Below, piece by piece: positions 37,493 to 45,831 of a stretch of 64,000 bases of DNA. The DNA is from a phage: NCBI GenBank assembly GCA_024683775.1, contig GCA_024683775.1_4106.1. One strand, given 5' to 3'. The position numbers were made by a program, and so were the translations under genes. Position 1 is the first letter of the stretch, and each line of letters begins with the position of its first letter. A model generated the notes under the pieces. That model saw only the letters and a program-made list of their open reading frames with translations. It was not told the origin of the DNA and did not search any database.

Positions 37493-37702
37493 ATGCTTAC
37501 TGTACAGGATAAGATCGACATCTTAAAGGTTAATATGTATGTGATTGATGCAGTACCTGGTAAAGTATTTGCATACGATGACAGTACTGTAAGCGATTTC
37601 TACTATAGCCAGGCCGTGGGGGATCTTTCTGTACAGTCGGTTATTGAAAACGTAGTTAATGCAGCGTATGAGCATTTACTTTCAAATAGTACTTGCAATT
37701 AG
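37493..37702 (+). CDS. hypothetical early protein (69 aa)
   Basis: ORF 5 nt after previous stop; 3' end overlaps next promoter. Confidence 0.55.
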   Translation: MLTVQDKIDILKVNMYVIDAVPGKVFAYDDSTVSDFYYSQAVGDLSVQSVIENVVNAAYEHLLSNSTCN

Positions 37703-37720
37703 TTTTTAAACGCGTATAAT
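37693..37720 (+). promoter_or_regulatory. early promoter (conserved type)
   Basis: TTGCAA 37693-98, spacer, TATAAT 37715-20, GTTTTACATG; stem-loop GGGGAGAAATGATTCTCCCC 37733-52. Confidence 0.65.
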
Positions 37721-37771
37721 GTTTTACATGAAGGGGAGAAATGATTCTCCCCACTAATTAAGGAATATGAA

Positions 37772-37918
37772 ATGAAAGCATCAAAAAAGAGTACTAACAA
37801 GAAAGCACGTTCAACCTTAGATGGGGTATTCCCTTTACGTTTCGTTGATGAAGTAGTTTCCTACCCGCCGGGCCTTACTCCTGAGATGGTAGAAAGTTTG
37901 CGTAAATCTAAAAAATAG
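37772..37918 (+). CDS. small basic protein (48 aa)
   Basis: ORF below track cutoff; promoter + stem-loop + SD AAGGAA upstream. Confidence 0.5.
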   Translation: MKASKKSTNKKARSTLDGVFPLRFVDEVVSYPPGLTPEMVESLRKSKK

Positions 37919-37999
37919 TACTTGCAATTAGTTTTTAGTACTGTATAATGTTTTACATGAAGGGGAGAAATGATTCTCCCCAATAACAGGAGAAACAAA

Positions 38000-38152
38000 A
38001 TGAAACAATACAACGCTCGGTTTGATGTTACTATCGGTAACGGCAAAGGTCAATTCTCTTTCAGTACTCGCAAAAGTTATACAGAAAACTTCCTGCGTAA
38101 TTGTGCACTGACCGCCGCTCAAATTAAACATTATTTTCAGGCTAAAAAATGA
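38000..38152 (+). CDS. small hypothetical protein (50 aa)
   Basis: Start at ATG 38000 after promoter + stem-loop + SD AGGAGAAA. Confidence 0.55.
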   Translation: MKQYNARFDVTIGNGKGQFSFSTRKSYTENFLRNCALTAAQIKHYFQAKK

Positions 38153-38238
38153 GATCATTAGCTTATTACAGTTCGGCCCTGGTCGGTGCATTGATCGCGG
38201 CGTTGTTAGTAACCTATCTATTCTTTATGGTGATTTAA
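38149..38238 (+). CDS. putative 29-aa hydrophobic micro-protein
   Basis: ATGA overlap with upstream stop; sequence MRSLAYYSSALVGALIAALLVTYLFFMVI is a single TM-like helix. Confidence 0.35.
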   Translation: MRSLAYYSSALVGALIAALLVTYLFFMVI

Positions 38239-38382
38239 ATGAATCCAACAGGTTTAAACTATAAAAGTTGTTCGGCGTTTACGAAAGCAAATAAAGCGAA
38301 TGCACGTAAAGCGAAAGTACAGGAATACATCAAGCAAGGCATGACGCGAAAGGCGGCGATTCTAAAAGCTAAAAATAAATGA
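38239..38382 (+). CDS. putative 47-aa basic micro-protein
   Basis: TAAATG overlap with upstream stop; lysine-rich. Confidence 0.3.
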   Translation: MNPTGLNYKSCSAFTKANKANARKAKVQEYIKQGMTRKAAILKAKNK

Positions 38383-38384
38383 AA

Positions 38385-38420
38385 AAAGTGGTTGACTCCG
38401 GTCAGCCATTTTGCTATTAT
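38385..38420 (+). terminator. conserved hairpin of the recurrent intergenic module (copy 1)
   Basis: Near-palindrome GTGGTTGACTCCGGTCAGCCAT followed by TTTGCTATTATAT. Confidence 0.5.
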
Positions 38421-38593
38421 ATATTCATTGAGAGATAGCTCACTAGCCCACAGGGTGCATAAGTGTATCTATTATATGAGTATTGAGTACTGAAAACTAT
38501 TTGATAAAAAGTACTTGCAAACTATCTCAATAAGCGTATAATGTTTTACATCGAAAGGGGAAACGGTTTCCCCTGGTAATAAGGAAACGAATC

Positions 38594-38935
38594 ATGACTA
38601 TCTCAATTGCTCAATCTAACTTTGAAAATGAAATCATCGCCCAGGCACTGCGTTTAAATGATGGTCGGGCCGAAATTAATTACGGTTTCAATTCAGGCGG
38701 TTGCGAAAACTATCAGTACTTTGTAACGGCTGATGGCGGTGTCCTGGGTATCAATACAGTTATTGTAAACATCCAAAAAATTAATTTCAATGATCCAGAC
38801 GATAGCCAGTTTTACATCACTGGCGTAGACGTGAACTATGAGGATGACTCACTAACTGATGATTACACTGGCGAGCGGTTAGAAAGTGCATACGGTGAAG
38901 ATGATTATCAGTCCGGTCCAGAAGATTTCGAATAA
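38594..38935 (+). CDS. hypothetical acidic early protein (113 aa)
   Basis: Promoter + stem-loop GGGGAAACGGTTTCCCC + SD AAGGAAA. Confidence 0.7.
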   Translation: MTISIAQSNFENEIIAQALRLNDGRAEINYGFNSGGCENYQYFVTADGGVLGINTVIVNIQKINFNDPDDSQFYITGVDVNYEDDSLTDDYTGERLESAYGEDDYQSGPEDFE

Positions 38936-38948
38936 TATAAAAAAATAG

Positions 38949-38977
38949 TTTGACAATAGATTATAGTACTGTATAAT
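38949..38977 (+). promoter_or_regulatory. sigma70 consensus promoter
   Basis: TTGACA 38949-54, 17-bp spacer, TATAAT 38972-77; followed by GGGGAGAATAGTTCTCCCC stem-loop. Confidence 0.7.
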
Positions 38978-39028
38978 GTTTTACATGAAGGGGAGAATAG
39001 TTCTCCCCACTAACAGAGAGAAAACAAA

Positions 39029-39241
39029 ATGGCTAATATCTGCACTGTACTGAAAAATGCAAAACAAGTTTTATTTTCTGATCACGATCATTTAAACAAG
39101 GATATTACTGGCGTTCGGAATATCAAAGATGTAAAAAGTGTTATGGGTATCTATTGCAATATGAAACGTGTCGGCACGTTCGGCGATAAAGTACTATACC
39201 AGGCAGGGGATTACAATTTTACACTGACTATCATTAACTAA
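39029..39241 (+). CDS. hypothetical early protein (70 aa)
   Basis: ORF with promoter, stem-loop and SD upstream. Confidence 0.65.
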   Translation: MANICTVLKNAKQVLFSDHDHLNKDITGVRNIKDVKSVMGIYCNMKRVGTFGDKVLYQAGDYNFTLTIIN

Positions 39242-39324
39242 AAATATTATCACAGTACTATTGACATAGTTTTATAGTACTGACATAATAACTTTTATCA
39301 ACTACACTACTAAGGAATTAAAAA

Positions 39325-39504
39325 ATGGCTATCATCGCAAAAACTGAAATCGTTGGTCTGGATTCTATCATCATGACGTTTGAAGATCAAAAAGGTATGT
39401 ATGTAGTTTCATATGGTGATTATGTTCGGGAGTATGAAACGGTAGACGAAGCCTTTGAAAGTTATATTCGCCAGGTGAATAAAGCATACGACGACTACCG
39501 CTAA
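39325..39504 (+). CDS. hypothetical early protein (59 aa)
   Basis: ORF below track cutoff; TTGACA-N17-CATAAT promoter at 39261-89; SD AAGGAA. Confidence 0.5.
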   Translation: MAIIAKTEIVGLDSIIMTFEDQKGMYVVSYGDYVREYETVDEAFESYIRQVNKAYDDYR

Positions 39505-39594
39505 AATATATTACCAGTACTATTGACATTGTTTGATAGTACTGTATAATAAGTTTTATAAACAGTAGTTAACTTAACCTAAGAGAGAAATAAA

Positions 39595-39738
39595 ATGATC
39601 GCACTGGATTCATTCATCGACGCAGTACTGGCAAAAACTGGCGAGGATCTGACCGCAGAACAATACGCGATGATCGAGCAATGTCAGCAAAACGGTAAAT
39701 CGGTGAAAGATACTGTTAAGATTATCCGCAAGATGTAA
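39595..39738 (+). CDS. hypothetical early protein (47 aa)
   Basis: ORF below track cutoff; TTGACA..TATAAT promoter at 39523-50; SD AGAGAGAAA. Confidence 0.45.
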   Translation: MIALDSFIDAVLAKTGEDLTAEQYAMIEQCQQNGKSVKDTVKIIRKM

Positions 39739-39837
39739 TATTATAGCCCACTGGTTAACGCTGGTGGGCTATAATCATTTACCCTATACAATGCCAGTAC
39801 TCAACCGTTTATCTCGTTAGAATGCGTTACAGGACGT

Positions 39838-40041
39838 TTGACAATGATTAGCATGAAATCAGTACAAAAACAAATAGAAACATTATCAAAAATTAAACGT
39901 AAACAGTACTCGTTAGAATATACAATCAATGGTAACTATCATCTAATGAAAGAGAATAATTTCATTGTCATTGATGAATCATTGCAAGTTATTAGTATAG
40001 TACTGAAAGCATTAATCAATGACAGAAAAAAATTAAAATAA
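39838..40041 (+). CDS. hypothetical early protein (67 aa)
   Basis: ORF; weak SD. Confidence 0.45.
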   Translation: MTMISMKSVQKQIETLSKIKRKQYSLEYTINGNYHLMKENNFIVIDESLQVISIVLKALINDRKKLK

Positions 40042-40369
40042 TCTATTGACAATATCCTCCAGTACTGGCATAATACTTACATCAAGACGAGAACGTCACT
40101 AACCCATAGGGTGCACAAATGTAACTATATAATATCGATCAATAAATGATCAAAAAGTACTGGATCAATTTAGCATAAGGCGTATAATTCTGATCAATTC
40201 TTGATCAAAGGCAATATACGCAGTTGAATTTATATAGACAGTACAAAGGCGTTACTATCCGTGGTAATGCTGGTGGATATGTAGTATCATATGGTTTGAA
40301 TAAGATAAACACTAGTAGTATTATTGTAGCATTACAGTACTATAGTATTTTTATAATGAGGTTAAAATA

Positions 40370-40627
40370 ATGGCAGTAGGATACGCGAAAGACGGGGCCG
40401 AACAAGACGAGATTCACGCAGTGATTCAGGCAGCCGTTAACCACGCTAGAAAGCAAATTAACGCACAAAGAGAATCACTGGTACATTGCCTCGACTGCGG
40501 CGATAAAATCCCTGAGAATCGACGCCAGGCCGTTATAGGGTGCATGTATTGTATTACTTGCCAGGAGGATCATGATAGTACTTTTAAAAGAGATCCGCGT
40601 AATTGTTGGCATAGATCTATGAGATAA
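40370..40627 (+). CDS. TraR/DksA-like C4 zinc-finger protein
   Basis: C-x2-C-x17-C-x2-C (CLDCGDKIPENRRQAVIGCMYCITC) with the conserved IP.[AE]RR.A motif typical of TraR/DksA zinc fingers; SD GAGG. Confidence 0.6.
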   Translation: MAVGYAKDGAEQDEIHAVIQAAVNHARKQINAQRESLVHCLDCGDKIPENRRQAVIGCMYCITCQEDHDSTFKRDPRNCWHRSMR

Positions 40628-40690
40628 AAAGTATTGACAGTACTGAAAGATAGTGTATAATGTTTTATATCTTAACTGAGGATAGTAATC

Positions 40691-41047
40691 ATGGGAATAC
40701 AACATATCACGCGTACTACTGACAATGGCGAGATCACTGGTTATCAGGTACAGGGCAAAGTAGCACAATTGCAGTACTGGTTTGTTAAACGTGGAATCAT
40801 TGCACCGGATCTTGATTATGACCGTGTAGCGTTTATTGATTCTCTTTATGTTGATCCTGATAGTCGGGGCAATGGTGAAGGTAACGAATTAATGAATGCC
40901 TTTATTGATGCCGCCGATGATTCAGATTGTATCATCTTAGAATGCGATACGGGAGAAGATAACGCCTTTAATCTTAAAGAATGGTACGAAGGTTTCGGAT
41001 TCGAGGTACTGATCGATAGTGAATATCCTATCATGATTTTATCATAG
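40691..41047 (+). CDS. hypothetical protein with weak GNAT-acetyltransferase-like motif
   Basis: VDPDSRGNGEGNELM resembles the GNAT motif A ([QR]-x-x-G-x-[GA]); TTGACA..TATAAT promoter at 40633-60. Confidence 0.4.
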   Translation: MGIQHITRTTDNGEITGYQVQGKVAQLQYWFVKRGIIAPDLDYDRVAFIDSLYVDPDSRGNGEGNELMNAFIDAADDSDCIILECDTGEDNAFNLKEWYEGFGFEVLIDSEYPIMILS

Positions 41048-41125
41048 TACTTGCATTTAGTTTTCAGTACTGTTATAGTACTTGCATCAAGGGGAAACAT
41101 CTTCCCCTACTAAGAGGAAATAAAA

Positions 41126-41314
41126 ATGGAAAACTTATCAAGTATTTTAGTACAAGATGATTTCGGTAATCCTGGAAGTGCTATCATTGTTCGGGGCAAT
41201 AAAGCAACGTTTGTTATTGCTGGTGGACCCGTACAGCGTAGCATTAAAAATAATGCTGTTACCATTAATAATGTACGCTATCGCTTAGATAAAGAATTAA
41301 TTCATAAACTGTAA
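41126..41314 (+). CDS. hypothetical early protein (62 aa)
   Basis: Promoter-like box + stem-loop GGGGAAACATCTTCCCC + SD GAGGAAA. Confidence 0.6.
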   Translation: MENLSSILVQDDFGNPGSAIIVRGNKATFVIAGGPVQRSIKNNAVTINNVRYRLDKELIHKL

Positions 41315-41399
41315 AAAAGTACTGGACAATAGATTATAGTACTGTATAATAGTTTACATGAAGGGGAGAAATGATTCTCCCCACTAAGAGGAAAGAAAA

Positions 41400-41612
41400 A
41401 TGCAAGGTCAACTAATCGTTCGTAAATGGTCTGATACTAACGAAAAACCGTGGGATGTACAATACATCGCCCCAAATGGTGAATCCAGATATCAACCAGG
41501 TGTAACGCATAGTACTGAGCAATTCGCCGCCGCTCATCGCGAACGTCTGTTACAATCAATGCAGCACGGTTCCGGTGAAAAATTCATTCAGGATCATTGG
41601 CTGAAAGATTAA
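41400..41612 (+). CDS. hypothetical early protein (70 aa)
   Basis: Promoter + stem-loop GGGGAGAAATGATTCTCCCC + SD. Confidence 0.65.
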   Translation: MQGQLIVRKWSDTNEKPWDVQYIAPNGESRYQPGVTHSTEQFAAAHRERLLQSMQHGSGEKFIQDHWLKD

Positions 41613-41698
41613 AAAGTACTTGCACAGTACTGAATAAAGTGTATAATGTTTTATATCGGAAGGGGAATAGTTCCCCTCCTAACAAAGAGGAAAGTATA

Positions 41699-41872
41699 AT
41701 GGTCCAGGTAGAATTAACAGTACTGAAAGATCTGTTTTATCGGATTGGTACTACTGGCGAATATCCGAAGGGTGATAATGCAAAACTTTACGTATCACTC
41801 GACTTATGGCAACGCGAACAATTAGCAACGGCCTGGCGTAAAGGCAAAGCAGATAGCGAGGTGAAAGCATGA
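41699..41872 (+). CDS. hypothetical early protein (57 aa)
   Basis: Start at ATG 41699 after promoter + stem-loop GGGGAATAGTTCCCC + SD AGAGGAAA. Confidence 0.55.
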   Translation: MVQVELTVLKDLFYRIGTTGEYPKGDNAKLYVSLDLWQREQLATAWRKGKADSEVKA

Positions 41873-42018
41873 AAGAATTCTTATTTGAAGTAGTGTTTCA
41901 AGGTGTCGGTAATAACCAACTGATTCGATCAAGTGGTTATAATGTTAACCAGGCATGGAATAACATTAAACAAATGTACCCGAACGCTATCACATATCGC
42001 AACCCGAAAGAAGTTTAA
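41869..42018 (+). CDS. hypothetical early protein (49 aa)
   Basis: ATGA overlap with previous stop; ORF below track cutoff. Confidence 0.4.
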   Translation: MKEFLFEVVFQGVGNNQLIRSSGYNVNQAWNNIKQMYPNAITYRNPKEV

Positions 42019-42030
42019 AAATAATTGAAA

Positions 42031-42056
42031 AAGGGATTGACTCCGGTCAGTCCCTT
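42031..42056 (+). terminator. conserved hairpin of the recurrent intergenic module (copy 2)
   Basis: AAGGGATTGACTCCGGTCAGTCCCTT near-palindrome followed by TGCTATTATATA. Confidence 0.5.
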
Positions 42057-42343
42057 TGCTATTATATACGCATAGAAACAAATTAGCCCACCGGGTGCAT
42101 AAATGTATCTATTGTTTGCTGGTGGCTAGTACTATCAAGTACTGAAAACTATTTTTAAAAAAGTACTTGCAAAGTATCACGATAAGCGTATAATGTTTTA
42201 CATCAGGACGGGGAACGAAATAAGTAACCCCGTTAAGTAGTCCAGGAGTAAGACATACGAAAAACTCCCCTGATAAAATAGTTTGACAATAGAAAGTAAA
42301 CGAGTATAATACTTACATCAACCACTGATAAGGAAACATTAAA

Positions 42344-42619
42344 ATGCGGACTTTACTTACAGCTAACGAAATCGAGCAAGTACTGACTACTAATCTGGAA
42401 CAATGGAAACGTGAAGCAGATATCCAGGCGGTTCAATGCCTTAACGATAAGTTAACGCCAGATGACTTAAGCACGATTGTTGATCCACAATTTTATGAAG
42501 ATATTCACGACACGTCTTTAAGCGTCGAGGATGTACTTGATAAGCACTACATTGATACTGATTTACATGTTTACGGTCGTAAAAACTTTATCACTATTCA
42601 CGACATTTACAATACTTAA
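42344..42619 (+). CDS. hypothetical early protein (91 aa)
   Basis: Two promoter-like boxes upstream (42165-42200, 42280-42315); SD AAGGAAA. Confidence 0.65.
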   Translation: MRTLLTANEIEQVLTTNLEQWKREADIQAVQCLNDKLTPDDLSTIVDPQFYEDIHDTSLSVEDVLDKHYIDTDLHVYGRKNFITIHDIYNT

Positions 42620-42707
42620 GTATTGACAAAGTATCTTAGTACTGTATAATAGTTTACATCAAGTGAGGGGAAACGGTTCCCCTCCTAACAAAGAGAGAGA
42701 AATTAAA

Positions 42708-42890
42708 ATGGCTAAGTGCACTATCTGTAAGAAAGAAATCGTATTAGTTCCAAGTGCCCGTGAACGTGCCGCTCGGTTCGGTGGCAAAGCGTCAGACTAT
42801 ACAAAAATGTTTACTGCCCATGCAGCTTGTCAAGTAGCAAAACGTTCACAAGAAAGCGTAGAATTAATGCGTAAACTTTCCAAAAAATAA
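42708..42890 (+). CDS. hypothetical early protein (60 aa), cysteine pair CTIC + CQ
   Basis: Start at ATG 42708; promoter + stem-loop GAGGGGAAACGGTTCCCCTC upstream. Confidence 0.6.
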   Translation: MAKCTICKKEIVLVPSARERAARFGGKASDYTKMFTAHAACQVAKRSQESVELMRKLSKK

Positions 42891-42977
42891 GTATTGACAA
42901 AGTATCTTAGTACTGTATAATAGTTTACATCAAGCGAGGGGAATGGTTCCCCTCCTAACAAAGAGAGAGAAATAAAA

Positions 42978-43301
42978 ATGGCTATGATCCTTACCCAGAA
43001 AGTAGAACTGAAAATTGTAACCTCCTTTGACATTAAAGTTAATCGGTGGACTGATAGCCACGGCAATACTTACCACTCCTGCTACGTGTCCGCATTGATT
43101 GGTGATCGCTGGGAAGACCTGGGACACGAAACCTTTACATACGGTTACGGCACACAAGGTGAGTACACGGGTTTAGAAATCATTAAGGAAACTGTAATAG
43201 GTTTCAACCCGAAAGAGAAAGTACTACACAGAATTGAGAAAGAGATCAACAAAGAAATTACAGTTCGCTACTACGATGTAAAACGTAAGAAAGACATGTA
43301 A
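42978..43301 (+). CDS. hypothetical early protein (107 aa); paralog of 36490
   Basis: Promoter + stem-loop + SD; similarity to 36490 ORF. Confidence 0.7.
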   Translation: MAMILTQKVELKIVTSFDIKVNRWTDSHGNTYHSCYVSALIGDRWEDLGHETFTYGYGTQGEYTGLEIIKETVIGFNPKEKVLHRIEKEINKEITVRYYDVKRKKDM

Positions 43302-43400
43302 TAGAATCCATTTAAAGTACTATTTGACATTGCCCAGATAGTACTTTATAATAGACTCTAACTTGTAGTACTAATTAACTTAACTAATAGGATGTACACC

Positions 43401-43796
43401 ATGATTACTAAATTCTTCGCTACCCGTGAACAAGCTCGCATCGTTGCCCGTGAGGAAGGTGAAACATTTAAAGACATGGGTAAAGATTCTCCTACTGGTA
43501 AACGCTGGGCGGTACAGTTCAAAGAGATCTCTGATATTGTGAATTCACCTGAGCCTGTACTTACAGCAGCAGAACTAAAGCAAGCTCAAGAACTGGCTGA
43601 AGTACTGAACGCTCAAGATGACTTCTTGAAAGGTTCTGATATTGAAGTTACAGTTAACGCAAATGCATGGACTCACGCGGATCACCTGGCAAACCTTAAG
43701 CGTCCAAGTGAACTGATTCGCAACCAGAAAGAGATCCGACACGACCGTAAGGGTAATCGTGTAACAGTATACAGTAAACGCCGCCAGGTTATCTAA
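43401..43796 (+). CDS. hypothetical early protein (131 aa); paralog of 31245
   Basis: Start chosen at ATG 43401 (AGGA SD 9 nt upstream); similarity to 31245 ORF. Confidence 0.65.
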   Translation: MITKFFATREQARIVAREEGETFKDMGKDSPTGKRWAVQFKEISDIVNSPEPVLTAAELKQAQELAEVLNAQDDFLKGSDIEVTVNANAWTHADHLANLKRPSELIRNQKEIRHDRKGNRVTVYSKRRQVI

Positions 43797-43818
43797 TAAC
43801 TTGCAGTACTAACAACAC

Positions 43819-43843
43819 GGCGGGATCAGTTCCCGCCTTTTTT
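43819..43843 (+). terminator. rho-independent terminator
   Basis: GGCGGGA-TCAGT-TCCCGCC followed by TTTTTTA. Confidence 0.7.
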
Positions 43844-43857
43844 ATAGGACAAACAAA

Positions 43858-44112
43858 ATGATTAAGGTTCAACTATATAAAGATAACATCTTACGGGTAC
43901 ACTATAAAGCACCTCAGAGAATCATCACAAAGGCCGTACAGCTTGCTAATGAGTTTATTAATGGTAACCTATTACCTAGGAAGTTAAGCAACGGGAAACT
44001 GCGTGTAATCGACGTGGACACTAACAACAGGATAGTAATCGAGAACACAGGAAAGATAAACCTTTATGAGCATCAACAATACAATAAGAAAATAAAACTA
44101 ATATCACGTTGA
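43858..44112 (+). CDS. hypothetical protein (84 aa)
   Basis: ORF with SD AGGA. Confidence 0.55.
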   Translation: MIKVQLYKDNILRVHYKAPQRIITKAVQLANEFINGNLLPRKLSNGKLRVIDVDTNNRIVIENTGKINLYEHQQYNKKIKLISR

Positions 44113-44165
44113 CAGTACTCAATTGTTTTAGTACTATGTACACATACCAACACGGGAGAAACAAA

Positions 44166-44384
44166 ATGAAATTATCTAAAATCGAAAAGAAAACTATTGA
44201 TGAAGCAGTTAAGCACGGTTATACCTTTCGTAATGATTCACATTTTACCAATTTTCAACAAGGGTATCGTACTATTAAAAAACTAATTGACAAAGGTTTA
44301 TTAGTTGAAGTCAATAACGGTAACGGTATCGAGTATCAACCAACACAAGACGCATTTTATTTTAAGAAATATAATATTATCTAA
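44166..44384 (+). CDS. hypothetical protein (72 aa)
   Basis: Start at ATG 44166 with SD GGGAGAAA. Confidence 0.55.
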   Translation: MKLSKIEKKTIDEAVKHGYTFRNDSHFTNFQQGYRTIKKLIDKGLLVEVNNGNGIEYQPTQDAFYFKKYNII

Positions 44385-44442
44385 TTGACAGTACTCAATT
44401 GTTTTAGTATTATGTACACATACCAACACGGGGGGAAACAAA

Positions 44443-44685
44443 ATGATTACTTTAGAAAAACGTATCAAAGAAACTACATCGCTGGTGGAACTGTTAACAG
44501 TACTCAAATGTAAAACAACACCATTCAGCACGCCGGACTTTATTAATATGGTTGATGTTAATGGTCGCTATCGTATCACGGTCGAACAAGGAGCGGCGAA
44601 AGTATTCAGTACTAAAAACACTAAGGAAGTGATCCACGCCGTTAATGTTAAAAAAGTAGTTGCCATTGATAGTAAAGTACTGTAA
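44443..44685 (+). CDS. hypothetical protein (80 aa)
   Basis: SD GGGGGGAAA; upstream region duplicates that of 44166 (TTGACAGTACTCAATTGTTTTAGTA.TATGTACACATACCAACACGGG). Confidence 0.55.
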   Translation: MITLEKRIKETTSLVELLTVLKCKTTPFSTPDFINMVDVNGRYRITVEQGAAKVFSTKNTKEVIHAVNVKKVVAIDSKVL

Positions 44686-44716
44686 TATAGTTTCATTAAC
44701 TCAAGGAGAACATGCA

Positions 44717-45301
44717 ATGCGTAAATATACTAAATTCATCCGTACACTGTCAGAAATGGAAACCAACAAAGAGATCCTTTCAGCTTGTCGGTTAGCTGGC
44801 CTGGAGATCATCGGTGCTGGTTCTTCCCGTATAGTATTCGCTTTAAATGATCGGTTAGTGATTAAGGTCGCGAATTGTGATGCGGGTGTCGAACAAAATG
44901 AAACTGAATGTAAGGTATGGAATTTTTTAGACTATGACCGCCCTCAGTTGAAACAGTACTTTGCAAAGGTGCATATGCATTTATGCGATCCTGATAATAT
45001 GTTTATCGTTATGGATCGGTTGAGTACTGCAAGCAAAGGCAGTGTGAAGCACGTAAACGCGTGCAATGAATTAAAGTACAATATTAAACGTAATGCAATC
45101 GAACGCCAGCACCGCTTTGCTGATGCACTACAACACGTTGATGATACATTATCAACACTAACGATAAGAGATATCAGAAAACAGAATATCGGCCAGGATC
45201 GTAATGGACTTATTAAAGTACTTGATTACGGTTTAACCAGCAATATCTGGAATCAGTACTATAAAAAGCGTGATGTGGCAGCAAGTAAGGTAACACGATA
45301 A
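44717..45301 (+). CDS. putative protein kinase-like protein (194 aa)
   Basis: Motif order matches a kinase fold: GAGSSRIV (Gly-rich loop), VIKVA (VAIK-like Lys), IRDIRKQN (catalytic loop D..N), LDYG (DFG-like); SD AAGGAGAA. Confidence 0.5.
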   Translation: MRKYTKFIRTLSEMETNKEILSACRLAGLEIIGAGSSRIVFALNDRLVIKVANCDAGVEQNETECKVWNFLDYDRPQLKQYFAKVHMHLCDPDNMFIVMDRLSTASKGSVKHVNACNELKYNIKRNAIERQHRFADALQHVDDTLSTLTIRDIRKQNIGQDRNGLIKVLDYGLTSNIWNQYYKKRDVAASKVTR

Positions 45302-45312
45302 AAAAGATTAAA

Positions 45313-45340
45313 AAAGGGATTGACTCCGGTCAGTCCCTTT
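45313..45340 (+). terminator. conserved hairpin of the recurrent intergenic module (copy 3)
   Basis: AAGGGATTGACTCCGGTCAGTCCCTTT then GCTATTATATAT. Confidence 0.5.
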
Positions 45341-45525
45341 GCTATTATATATCCATTGAGAGATAACTCACTGACCCATAGGGTGCGGAAGTGTATCTAT
45401 TATATAAGTATTCAGTACTGAAAACTATTTGATAAAAAGTACTTGCAAACTATCTCAATGAGCGTATAATGTTTTATATCGAGAGGGGGAAATGGTTCTC
45501 CCTGGTACTAAAAGGAATCAAGACG

Positions 45526-45747
45526 ATGACTACTATGACCTGCGTTCACGCTTCAAATCTTCTGAATGATGCAGCATTTAAAGCAGGTGAAGAATATCAA
45601 TGCTATCGGGATGAAAATAAAAAAGTTTTCGTCGTTGATGCTAACGGTTTCCATATTGAATTGCAATCCGGCTTCACTGGTTTAAATGGTAAATCAGTAT
45701 GGGGCGTTAATGATGATAATGGTCTTTATCACTTTATCCGTAATTAA
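45526..45747 (+). CDS. hypothetical early protein (73 aa)
   Basis: Start at ATG 45526 after promoter + stem-loop GGGGGAAATGGTTCTCCC + SD AAAGGAA. Confidence 0.6.
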   Translation: MTTMTCVHASNLLNDAAFKAGEEYQCYRDENKKVFVVDANGFHIELQSGFTGLNGKSVWGVNDDNGLYHFIRN

Positions 45748-45751
45748 GTAT

Positions 45752-45779
45752 TTGACAAAGTATATCAGTACTGTATAAT
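45752..45779 (+). promoter_or_regulatory. sigma70 consensus promoter
   Basis: TTGACA 45752-57, 16-bp spacer, TATAAT 45774-79; stem-loop GGGGAGAATAGTTCTCCCC 45792-45810. Confidence 0.7.
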
Positions 45780-45831
45780 AGTTTACATCAAGGGGAGAAT
45801 AGTTCTCCCCGATACTAAAAGGAATAAAATC

